Part shown: piece after piece, positions 17,851-26,423 of the stretch | How positions within the stretch are numbered: position 1 is the stretch's first letter | Layout of the letters: every line of letters starts with the position of its first letter | Assembly (NCBI GenBank): GCA_002840305.1 | Contig: PHAI01000001.1 | Coordinates: 178,074-227,462 of the forward strand | DNA from: Candidatus Falkowbacteria bacterium HGW-Falkowbacteria-1 | Lineage (GTDB): Bacteria; Patescibacteriota; Patescibacteriia; Patescibacteriales; UBA12465 | Reading direction: 5' to 3' | DNA length: 49,389 nt | Position numbers and translations under genes: made by a program | The notes under the pieces: generated by a model | Database searches by the model: none | Told to the model about the DNA's origin: nothing | Seen by the model: the letters and a program-made list of their open reading frames with translations, nothing else

Positions 17851-19890
17851 ATGTTTAGTTCCAAAGATAAAAATATTAACGATCCTTTTGTAGTCAAGGA
17901 AAAGAAATTTAAATTTGGCAACCTTAAGGATTCTTTTTACCATTTAGGATGGATGGAGGATTCTTTTTTGTTTGGTGAAAACGACAAAGAAACCCTAAGA
18001 AAAACTTTTGATACAGAAAAAATAAAACATATTTTTTCTTTTTTATTTTTGTTCTTTGGTATTTTAGTCGCAAGGTTATTTTGGTTGCAAGTTTTAAGAG
18101 GGGACGAGTATCGTGCTTTGGCCGAAGGAAATAGAACCAGAATTGTAAATGTTGAGCCCAAAAGAGGAATTATCTATGATAGCAACATGATTCCTCTGGT
18201 TAAAAATGAAGCTAATTTTGTTTTGTATTTGATTCCAGCTGAGATGCCAAAAAACGAATTAGAAAGAGATGCAATTTTACGCAAATTAGCGTTTATAATA
18301 GATCAACAAGATTTGAATCTTAAAAATAGTGAAAAATCGAGCGAAAATGTCTATTCTGATTTTGAATTTTTAGAGGACAGCGATTATTTTTATTTTATAA
18401 AAGACAAGCTGGACAAAATAAGGTCTGGATCCTTAGAATCTTTTAGGCCCTTGTTCATAATGGATAATATTGAACACGCTTCTGCTATGACTATTTATTT
18501 AGAGGCAGAAAAAATGCCAGGAGTTTCTTTGTCGGTTAAAATGGGGCGATCTTATATTGATTCTAGCTCCTATTTGTCTAGTCTTTCCCATGTCGTTGGC
18601 TATACCGGGAAGATATCGGAAAAAGATCTAGACATCTTTGGCGATGAATACTCTCTTATAGATTACACGGGCAAAACTGGTTTGGAATATTTTTATGAGA
18701 ATGAATTAAAAGGTGAAAAAGGCAAAAAATATATAGAAGTCGATGCTTGGGGTCGAGAAAAAAAGATTATTAATGAAGTTTTGCCAAAAGATGGTTTTAG
18801 TTTGGTTTTAAGTTTGGACACAAAATTGCAATTAAAAATAGAAGAAATATTGAATAAATATCTTCAAAAAGATAAATTAGGGCGAGCCTCAGTTGTGGCT
18901 CTGAATCCAAAAAATGGAGAAGTTTTGTCTCTAGTCTCTTGGCCATCATATGATAATAATATTTTTTCCAAAGGCATAAGCCAAAGTGAATATAGTAAAT
19001 TGTTAAATAACCAAGATAATCCTTTGTTTAATAGGGCTGTTAGCGGAAATTTTCCTTCTGGGTCGACAATCAAACCTATAATTGCCGCCGCCGCCTTAGA
19101 AGAGGGTGTTATTAAGGAAAATACTTATGTAAATAGTGTTGGTGGAATATGGATTGGCCAGTGGTATTTTCCGGACTGGAAAGCCGGGGGGCATGGCCTT
19201 ACTAATGTTAAAAAAGCTATTGCTGAATCAGTGAACACCTTTTTTTATTATATTGGAGGAGGATATGAAAGTTTCTCTGGCTTAGGAATAGATAAAATAG
19301 TTGAATATTTGAATTTATTTAACTTAGGTTCCCAAAGTGGCCTAGATTTGCCACAAGAAGCAAAGGGTTTTGTGCCTACGCCAAGCTGGAAAGAAGAGAA
19401 TAGAGACGAAGCTTGGTATATAGGGGACACATACCATGTTTCTATTGGGCAGGGGGATCTTTTAGTTACGCCACTTCAGGTAGCAAATTTTACTTCCTTC
19501 TTTGCCAATGGTGGCAAGCTGTATAGGCCCCATTTGGTAAAAGAAATATTGTCTAATGATAATGATTTAGTTAGAAAAGTTGAGCCTGAAATAATAAAAG
19601 AAAATTTTATAAGTGATAAAAATGTAAAAATAATAAAAGACGGGATGAGACAAACGATCATATCTGGTAGCGCCAGCCGTTTAAACGTTTTGCCCTTTGA
19701 AGTTTCTGGAAAAAGTGGAACTGCTCAGTGGGGGACTGATAAGGATCCGCATGCTTGGTTTACATCTTTTGCCCCCTATGATGATCCGGAAATAGTCTTA
19801 ACTGTTTTAGTTGAAGAGGGTAAAGAGGGTAGCAGCATAGCAGCCTCTATTTCCGGTGAAATATTAGAATATTATTTTTCTCAAAAATAG
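17851..19890 (+). CDS. mrdA: Penicillin-binding protein 2
   Basis: RLFWLQ, RGIIYD, GKTGLE, GSTIK (SxxK), SVN (SxN), KSGTAQ. Confidence 0.93.
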   Translation: MFSSKDKNINDPFVVKEKKFKFGNLKDSFYHLGWMEDSFLFGENDKETLRKTFDTEKIKHIFSFLFLFFGILVARLFWLQVLRGDEYRALAEGNRTRIVNVEPKRGIIYDSNMIPLVKNEANFVLYLIPAEMPKNELERDAILRKLAFIIDQQDLNLKNSEKSSENVYSDFEFLEDSDYFYFIKDKLDKIRSGSLESFRPLFIMDNIEHASAMTIYLEAEKMPGVSLSVKMGRSYIDSSSYLSSLSHVVGYTGKISEKDLDIFGDEYSLIDYTGKTGLEYFYENELKGEKGKKYIEVDAWGREKKIINEVLPKDGFSLVLSLDTKLQLKIEEILNKYLQKDKLGRASVVALNPKNGEVLSLVSWPSYDNNIFSKGISQSEYSKLLNNQDNPLFNRAVSGNFPSGSTIKPIIAAAALEEGVIKENTYVNSVGGIWIGQWYFPDWKAGGHGLTNVKKAIAESVNTFFYYIGGGYESFSGLGIDKIVEYLNLFNLGSQSGLDLPQEAKGFVPTPSWKEENRDEAWYIGDTYHVSIGQGDLLVTPLQVANFTSFFANGGKLYRPHLVKEILSNDNDLVRKVEPEIIKENFISDKNVKIIKDGMRQTIISGSASRLNVLPFEVSGKSGTAQWGTDKDPHAWFTSFAPYDDPEIVLTVLVEEGKEGSSIAASISGEILEYYFSQK

Positions 19891-19953
19891 CAACATTCAT
19901 TGTTTTTGATCCCTGTATTTGCTATTATATTGTTATAGACACCTTGTTGTCTA

Positions 19954-19982
19954 TTGACTTTTTTAAATATATATGTTATAAT
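19954..19982 (+). promoter_or_regulatory. Strong sigma70 promoter
   Basis: TTGACT, 17 bp, TATAAT with a TG extension. Confidence 0.8.
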
Positions 19983-20000
19983 TACTATACAAATAAATTT

Positions 20001-20243
20001 ATGGCTACAAAAAATTCAAATTTGAGCAATAATACAAGCACTGATCAGACAGATGACGATCAAGTGCTTTTTTTTCATAATAAACTAGAGGAAGCTATAA
20101 ATGCCATCAAGGATATTGAAATAGAGGCTATTAGCTCTCTGAGTCGTTTGAGCTTGAATAAATTAGCGAAATTAAAAAGCGAAGAAACAAAAAATGCGGT
20201 GGAAAAATTGGAAGAAATAAGGAAAAAGATTAATCAAAATTAA
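20001..20243 (+). CDS. Small helical hypothetical protein
   Basis: ATG at 20001 lies just downstream of the promoter; TTG 19944 would lie upstream of it. Confidence 0.65.
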   Translation: MATKNSNLSNNTSTDQTDDDQVLFFHNKLEEAINAIKDIEIEAISSLSRLSLNKLAKLKSEETKNAVEKLEEIRKKINQN

Positions 20244-20269
20244 TTTATAAATAAACTTAATTTAAAAAT

Positions 20270-23200
20270 ATGGCCAATTTAGAGAGCAAAAAAGATCAAA
20301 AGGAGGAGGGAATAACGTCTTCCGACTTGCTTAAAAATAAAAAGGAAATTAAAGAAATTGAGGTAAGATTGAAAAGATTAAATAGGGGTGGTAAGGAACA
20401 ATTTAAGGGGGAAAAGGAAGGGCTTGTTGATAAATTAAAAAAGATGGGAGTTGAATATGTAGAAAAACAAAAAAAAGAAGCGGTGGATAATATAGTAGAA
20501 GTTGCTGGTCCAAATCCTGATCTTGAAAGTACGGGAGTGGTTGATAGTGCTAAAGAAAAAATTGAAAAAGTTGCTGATAATTTTGAAAAAGAGATTGGTG
20601 CTGAGAAAAATGAGACAGAAAAGGAAAACAAAGAGGAAGTTCTTGAAGCTAAAACCGAAACCGAAATCGAAACCAAGGTTGAAAAAGAGAACCTGAAATT
20701 CTTAGAAAAAGAAATGAAAGATTTGGGAATAAGTGAAGAAAATTTAAAAGGTGAGTCATATGAAAAATTCGATAAATTGAGTACTGGTTCAAAGCTATTG
20801 GTTCTAAAAAATTTAAAAGCAATTATATTAAGTGATATTTCAAGCGAATCTTCGTCTCAGGCCAGTGAATCGGTCGGTGTAGTTAAGGGTTTGTTTAAAA
20901 ATATCAGAAAAAGTTTAAAAATAAATAAGGCCTCGGGCAATTTAAAGGAAGCGGAATTAAAGAAGCTTTCTAAGGATGGTTTTGACAAGTATAAGGAGGG
21001 AAAATATGGAGAACAATTAGATCAACTATCAAACATAATGAGTGGTTTTGAAATTGATGTTGTTGAAAAAAATGGAAAGGCAGAAGTGTCTTTGCTGTCT
21101 ATAGAGGAGGGAATGGATGATAAAGAAAAAGAAGCGATTGAATCTTTTAATGAAAGTGCTAATAAATTTTTAAATATTCCAAAGGAATGGGCATATGAAA
21201 GCGCTAAATTCGAAGATAAAAAAAAGTATGAAAAAGCCAAAAAAGAATATGATGAGGCCAAGGTAGATCTTTCTGAGATGGGTATTGGAAACGGTAAAGG
21301 TCCAGAGATTTTATCAAAAATAAATAAATCCGAATGGCAAATGAGAATGATAAGAGATTTTAAAAATGACTCAGTCTTAAAAGAAGAATGGAAAGAGGCC
21401 GTAAAAAACAAGGGGTTTTTCATGAAAGCAATCTCTAACATGGGGAACAAAGAAAAATTAGCTTATATGGCTTCTGGTTTTACTATTCGCACCATAAGTG
21501 CGACGTTGGCCTTGTCAGTGGCATCTTTGCCCTTCATGATGACCGTTGGTGGTATTAGAGGCGTGAGAGGTGCTAAGGAGGATTTGAGAAAAAAAGACAA
21601 AAAGGATGTTTATAAAGAAAAAACGGATAGTCCTATTGATGCACAGAGAAAAAGTGTTAGAAATGAAATGAACTCTATGGTTCCTAAAGAATTTTCTTTA
21701 AATCCAGAAGAGTGGCTTAAAACTGTGCCAGAAGAAGAAAAAAATAAATACAATCAACTTAAAAATACCTTCAATGAACTAAATTCTAAATTAGAAAAAG
21801 AGAATGCTCAAAAATTAAATACAGTAGAAGCCAAAAGTTTAAGTGATAAAATAGACCTTCTGATAAATTCTTACAACGAAGAGCTTAATTTGGGCGATAA
21901 GGCTGATTCTGAAAAACTAAAGAGTATTTTGGATTCTTTAAATTCGAGAGTTATTTTTACTAAAGACAAAATGAGCAAAGAATTAATTAATTTTGGTTCT
22001 CGTGGCTCAGTTGTCAACTTCATGGAGCTAAAAAGGAACATGGAGGAGGCAGAAAATTTAATACTTGGGGCAAAGTTTGAAACTGATGTGGAGCGCAGCG
22101 AGAGAGCAAAGAGACTTTTCGATAAAATTTTGGACAGCTATAAGCTTAAATTAGATGATACTAGAAAAAAATATATAAGAAAAAAAATGATCAAAGGAGC
22201 CTTAACGGCCGGAGCTTTTTCTGCTCTTGGTTCTTTGATGTCTGAATTCGGTGGTCTGTCTCATGTGTTGAGAGGCGATATAAGTCTTGATAATTTTGGA
22301 AGCAAAGTTGGTGGAATCGGTAGTGCGATTAAGGGAGATATTTCCATGGAAGATATAAATGCTCAGATGCAGGAAAATATCAGGATTAAAATGGATAGTC
22401 TTGATAGGGCGCTTGTTAATATTGAAGGAATTTTTAATACTGACAGTGCTAATGTTTCTGGAATACCACAAGCTGAGATTGGTGGAGTTGCTAATTATGT
22501 CGAACTTAATCCTAGTCCAGAAAACGCAAGCAATATTGCCGAAAAATTAAACGAAAGTGGTATTAAACTTGAAGGTCTAAATGATAAAGCAATGAAATCA
22601 ATAGAGGGAATTGGAACGTTGCAGAAAGTAGTCACCCTAGAAAAGGGAGATGGTGTTTCTAAAATATTCAATGGAATTCGTGTGCATAATGAATATTCCG
22701 TGACTTTTGTTGATGGAAAAACAGGACAATTGACAGAGGGAGCAGCTTTTAGCAAGATGGTTCATCCCGGAGATCAGGTTATTCTTGGGGAAAATGGTAA
22801 AATTTATGTTGTTTGCAAGAGCGGTATCCGAAATAATCCTCTTTACGGAAAAGAAGTTGTTTCTGATAATCTGACAAATGCAAGACCGGAGATTCTTGAT
22901 TCTAACGGTCAACCGTTTAAGACCGCTGGCAGAATTGAAGTAAGCGGATTAAAATTGGGGCAAGATGGTAAAGCCGATCTTGAAACATCTTTTGTGGGTA
23001 ATACTGAGGTTTCTTCTGATATGGTGGATGGAAATATAAACAATGCTCATAATGCCGTTGGCGCGGTTCAGTCCGACGCCCTAGAAGGCTGGGCTCATCC
23101 TAAACCAGACGAAATTATTGCAGGTGGCCCGGTTATACTAGAAAAAGAAGATGCTAAGATTATTTTTCCAAATGGTGACGATTTAGATAGAATTAAGGAT

Positions 23201-24205
23201 ATAGCCCCTATAACTAATGGTTATCAGGCTGTTTTGGATGATGGCACAATGCTTAATTTCAGACTTGGGACAGATGGTTATTATGTTTTGGAAAGTAGTC
23301 CAGATTTGAGCTCTGTAAGTGGAATTATCGAGAGGTCCATTAATGACGTTTCTTCGAGCTTGGAGGGGGTTGATGGTTGCTCTTGGATCGATAAAATGGA
23401 TGGTAGTTCAGTTGAAATTAACGACGAAACTAATCAAGCCATTATTAATGGCGATACAATTGATTTTGGAACTACAAACGAAGAAATGGCCAATATAGAT
23501 AAAGTAGATAAAATATATAATCCGACAGATGGATCGGTTTCGGAATATAAAATTTATTATAAAAATGGAGCCCTTGAGAGCTTTGCTAAGGCTAGCGAAG
23601 GAGATTGTTATGTTAAGATTAACAAAGACTTGAGTTCTACTGGATTAAATCTTGAAGACAATATGGAATCAAAAACAGTAAATAATGTTTTTGTTGGGGA
23701 CGAAGGCGGTGTTTATGTCTCACCAGAGAATCCTTCCAATAAGATGATTAGCGAAGATTTGTCTAAATATTTATCTGAATCTTATGATAATTTTGCGGTT
23801 AATTATAAAGACAAAATGATTGTTCTGGGGGGCGATAAAATTGACTTTAGTGGCCTAGACGATTTGTCTAACATAAAAAATATAGAGCCGGCATATGATG
23901 GTGGCGGAGGAGTGGCTAAGTTTATTGTTAGATATCAAGATGGCGGGCTAGAAACCTTTACTGCCCAGAGTGATGGCAGTGATGGAATTATTTATACAAA
24001 AGCCGGCGATGTAGTCGTTGGACTACCAAATGAAATAGTGGACGCAAATGAACAATTAGCCGACTCAGACGTTCAAGACGCTCATATTATTAACGAAACT
24101 GATAGACAGGGTAAAGTAATAGAAAGCAGCGAAACATTTGAAGACAAAGGACTAAAACCACGGTACAAAGCCAGGCGTCAAATGTGGAAATCAAGGGTAA
24201 TTTAG
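20270..24205 (+). CDS. Giant hypothetical protein (coiled coil, two hydrophobic segments, LysM-like stretch, acidic repeats); probably continues by frameshift to 24459
   Basis: 1311-aa ORF; K/E-rich N-half; atypical basic final ~17 aa. Confidence 0.85.
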   Translation: MANLESKKDQKEEGITSSDLLKNKKEIKEIEVRLKRLNRGGKEQFKGEKEGLVDKLKKMGVEYVEKQKKEAVDNIVEVAGPNPDLESTGVVDSAKEKIEKVADNFEKEIGAEKNETEKENKEEVLEAKTETEIETKVEKENLKFLEKEMKDLGISEENLKGESYEKFDKLSTGSKLLVLKNLKAIILSDISSESSSQASESVGVVKGLFKNIRKSLKINKASGNLKEAELKKLSKDGFDKYKEGKYGEQLDQLSNIMSGFEIDVVEKNGKAEVSLLSIEEGMDDKEKEAIESFNESANKFLNIPKEWAYESAKFEDKKKYEKAKKEYDEAKVDLSEMGIGNGKGPEILSKINKSEWQMRMIRDFKNDSVLKEEWKEAVKNKGFFMKAISNMGNKEKLAYMASGFTIRTISATLALSVASLPFMMTVGGIRGVRGAKEDLRKKDKKDVYKEKTDSPIDAQRKSVRNEMNSMVPKEFSLNPEEWLKTVPEEEKNKYNQLKNTFNELNSKLEKENAQKLNTVEAKSLSDKIDLLINSYNEELNLGDKADSEKLKSILDSLNSRVIFTKDKMSKELINFGSRGSVVNFMELKRNMEEAENLILGAKFETDVERSERAKRLFDKILDSYKLKLDDTRKKYIRKKMIKGALTAGAFSALGSLMSEFGGLSHVLRGDISLDNFGSKVGGIGSAIKGDISMEDINAQMQENIRIKMDSLDRALVNIEGIFNTDSANVSGIPQAEIGGVANYVELNPSPENASNIAEKLNESGIKLEGLNDKAMKSIEGIGTLQKVVTLEKGDGVSKIFNGIRVHNEYSVTFVDGKTGQLTEGAAFSKMVHPGDQVILGENGKIYVVCKSGIRNNPLYGKEVVSDNLTNARPEILDSNGQPFKTAGRIEVSGLKLGQDGKADLETSFVGNTEVSSDMVDGNINNAHNAVGAVQSDALEGWAHPKPDEIIAGGPVILEKEDAKIIFPNGDDLDRIKDIAPITNGYQAVLDDGTMLNFRLGTDGYYVLESSPDLSSVSGIIERSINDVSSSLEGVDGCSWIDKMDGSSVEINDETNQAIINGDTIDFGTTNEEMANIDKVDKIYNPTDGSVSEYKIYYKNGALESFAKASEGDCYVKINKDLSSTGLNLEDNMESKTVNNVFVGDEGGVYVSPENPSNKMISEDLSKYLSESYDNFAVNYKDKMIVLGGDKIDFSGLDDLSNIKNIEPAYDGGGGVAKFIVRYQDGGLETFTAQSDGSDGIIYTKAGDVVVGLPNEIVDANEQLADSDVQDAHIINETDRQGKVIESSETFEDKGLKPRYKARRQMWKSRVI

Positions 24206-24459
24206 CACAATTTTCCGTGGACAAATCAGGCGATTTATTTGATAAATTGAAAGGAGGGAAAATTAAAAACGAGACAGCCTTTTTAGATTATATAAAAGAA
24301 ATAAAACAGGAAGCTCTTGGCAACAAAGAATTATCCCCTTTAGAGGAGAGGAGTTGGAAGTCTTTCTTCAATAATAGTTTTAGTAAAGATCCTGATTCGC
24401 CCCTTTTGTCACAAAAGTTAAAATTAGAAATGACTAGTTTTTTGGCTACAACTAAATAG
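24184..24459 (+). CDS. Probable frameshifted C-terminus of the giant protein
   Basis: Frame is open from 24142, overlaps the upstream ORF, and has only a GTG start. Confidence 0.55.
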   Translation: MEIKGNLAQFSVDKSGDLFDKLKGGKIKNETAFLDYIKEIKQEALGNKELSPLEERSWKSFFNNSFSKDPDSPLLSQKLKLEMTSFLATTK

Positions 24460-24480
24460 CTTAAAATCAGTGATATCATA

Positions 24481-24510
24481 AAAAGAAGCGGCAATTTTGT
24501 CGCTTCTTTT
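24481..24510. terminator. Rho-independent terminator
   Basis: AAAAGAAGCGGCAA-tt-TTGTCGCTTCTTTT. Confidence 0.88.
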
Positions 24511-24549
24511 GTTATTGATTTTATAAGTCTTTTTTGCTAAGGTCTTATT

Positions 24550-26340
24550 ATGAATATACTGCAAAAAACAATAGAAAGGACAAGTAATACATACAAAAGG
24601 GACAAGTTTTTGCCTATTGTCGTTATTTTTTCTTTTATTTTTTTTGTTTTGGCTTCAATTTTGCCTTATTATCAAAAAGAACAAAGCTTTCTTAAATTTT
24701 TTTCACCAGATGAAAATGCTAATTATGTTTTTACAAAGTTATATGCCCAGACTGATACTCTCTCTATTTTTGAAAAGTATAATTTGATAGCTGATGATAT
24801 TGTTAGACCTAGAAGCTATATTAGTTCTTCTGGATTTATTAAGCCGGTAAGTTTTTTGGGTATGACCATTATTTATGGTCAAATTGCTAGATTTATTGGA
24901 ATAGGATTAATACCATTTCTGACACCATTCTTTGCGTCCATGGCTCTGATTTTTTACTATCTGTTAATTAAGAAATTTTTCGGGAGAAAGAATGCCTTGG
25001 TTTCATTTTTTCTATTTTTTTCTTTTCCAGTTCTACTATATTATTCGGCGCGAAGCATGTTCCATAATGTTTTGTTTTTGTCATTTTTAATTATGGCTTT
25101 ATATTTTTTGTCTGATCTTTTTGAGAGAAGGGTTTCTAGCGTCAAAAGGTATAAGGAAAAATATATAAAGAGACTTTTTGGGGTTGATTTTTTATTTTCG
25201 GCTTTATCTGGCTTGTTTTTTGGTTTAGCCATCGCTGTTAGGTCTTCTGAGTTAATTTGGCTGTTTTTAGCTGCCTTGCCATTTTTCATTCTTAAATATA
25301 AAAAACTTAGCTTTTTCCGTTTGTCTATTTTTATTTCTTTTTTTATTTTGGCCTTGATTCCAGTGTTCTGCCATAATCAAATATTATACAACTCCCCTTT
25401 TTATGGTGGTTATTTTGAAATGAACAAGTCGATAGAAGAAATAAGTCAGGCGGGAGGGGGAATTGTGAGATCATTTTTTTTGGGTAGCTTTAACGATGTG
25501 AAAGTTCTGACCAAGTCTATATTTAATACTATTTTTTATTTTGGTTTTTTCCCTAGACAATCTTTGGAAATGTTTGATAAATATTTTGTTAAAATGTTTT
25601 GGTATTTATGTTGGCCGACTGTTTTTGGTTTATTCTACTTTTTCGTTAAAGACCGAAAAAGAATTAAAAAATTTGGCCCCTATTTGTTTTCCTGGTTAAT
25701 AGCATCGTTTTTCTTGATTTTCTATTATGGTTCATGGAAGTTTGTTGATAATCCTGACCCGAGTAGCTTTACTATCGGCAATTCTTATACTAGATACTGG
25801 CTTCCAATTTATATTGGATTTTTTCCCTTTGTAGCTCATTTTGTTTTAAATATTGGTAGAATATTTTTCTTTTTAAAGAATAAGAAAGTTTATTTATATC
25901 TTAAAAATTCAATTTCGCTTATAGTGTTAATTGTTTTAATGTTTTTGTCTTTTAAATTTGTTTATGACGGGTCGGAAGAGGGGCTTAAATATTATTTTGC
26001 CAAGTTGGATGTAGCCAAGGAAGAGGTGGGCAGAATAATAGAATTAACTGAAAGTAATGCAGTTGTTGTTACTCAGTATCATGATAAATTTTTATTTCCA
26101 GAAAGAAAAGTGATTGTTGGTCGTTTTAACGATGATAATATGAACAAAAATTATTATAAATTAGCGGGATACCTTCCGACTTATTATTATAATTTTACTT
26201 TTCCAGAAAGTGATTTAAAATATTTAAATGATAGACGGTTAAAAGAGTTTGGTCTACAAATTGAATTGGTAGAAACACTTAATCAAGATTTCTCTCTTTA
26301 TAAAGTATACAGGCCTTTGCCCGTTTTTTGTGTTTTTTAA
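24550..26340 (+). CDS. Polytopic GT-C fold glycosyltransferase (PMT/GT39-like)
   Basis: SPDE acidic motif after TM1, about 11-12 hydrophobic segments, RYWLP motif. Confidence 0.75.
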   Translation: MNILQKTIERTSNTYKRDKFLPIVVIFSFIFFVLASILPYYQKEQSFLKFFSPDENANYVFTKLYAQTDTLSIFEKYNLIADDIVRPRSYISSSGFIKPVSFLGMTIIYGQIARFIGIGLIPFLTPFFASMALIFYYLLIKKFFGRKNALVSFFLFFSFPVLLYYSARSMFHNVLFLSFLIMALYFLSDLFERRVSSVKRYKEKYIKRLFGVDFLFSALSGLFFGLAIAVRSSELIWLFLAALPFFILKYKKLSFFRLSIFISFFILALIPVFCHNQILYNSPFYGGYFEMNKSIEEISQAGGGIVRSFFLGSFNDVKVLTKSIFNTIFYFGFFPRQSLEMFDKYFVKMFWYLCWPTVFGLFYFFVKDRKRIKKFGPYLFSWLIASFFLIFYYGSWKFVDNPDPSSFTIGNSYTRYWLPIYIGFFPFVAHFVLNIGRIFFFLKNKKVYLYLKNSISLIVLIVLMFLSFKFVYDGSEEGLKYYFAKLDVAKEEVGRIIELTESNAVVVTQYHDKFLFPERKVIVGRFNDDNMNKNYYKLAGYLPTYYYNFTFPESDLKYLNDRRLKEFGLQIELVETLNQDFSLYKVYRPLPVFCVF

Positions 26341-26383
26341 ATGCGAACATTGGTAGAATTTCATCTTAATTCGTGATTTTTAT

Positions 26384-26406
26384 GCTACTTTTTCTGAAAA
26401 AGTAGC
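26384..26406. promoter_or_regulatory. Perfect 11-bp inverted repeat (terminator or operator) before miaB-miaA
   Basis: GCTACTTTTTC-t-GAAAAAGTAGC. Confidence 0.55.
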
Positions 26407-26423
26407 TTTGAGACAAAAGATTT

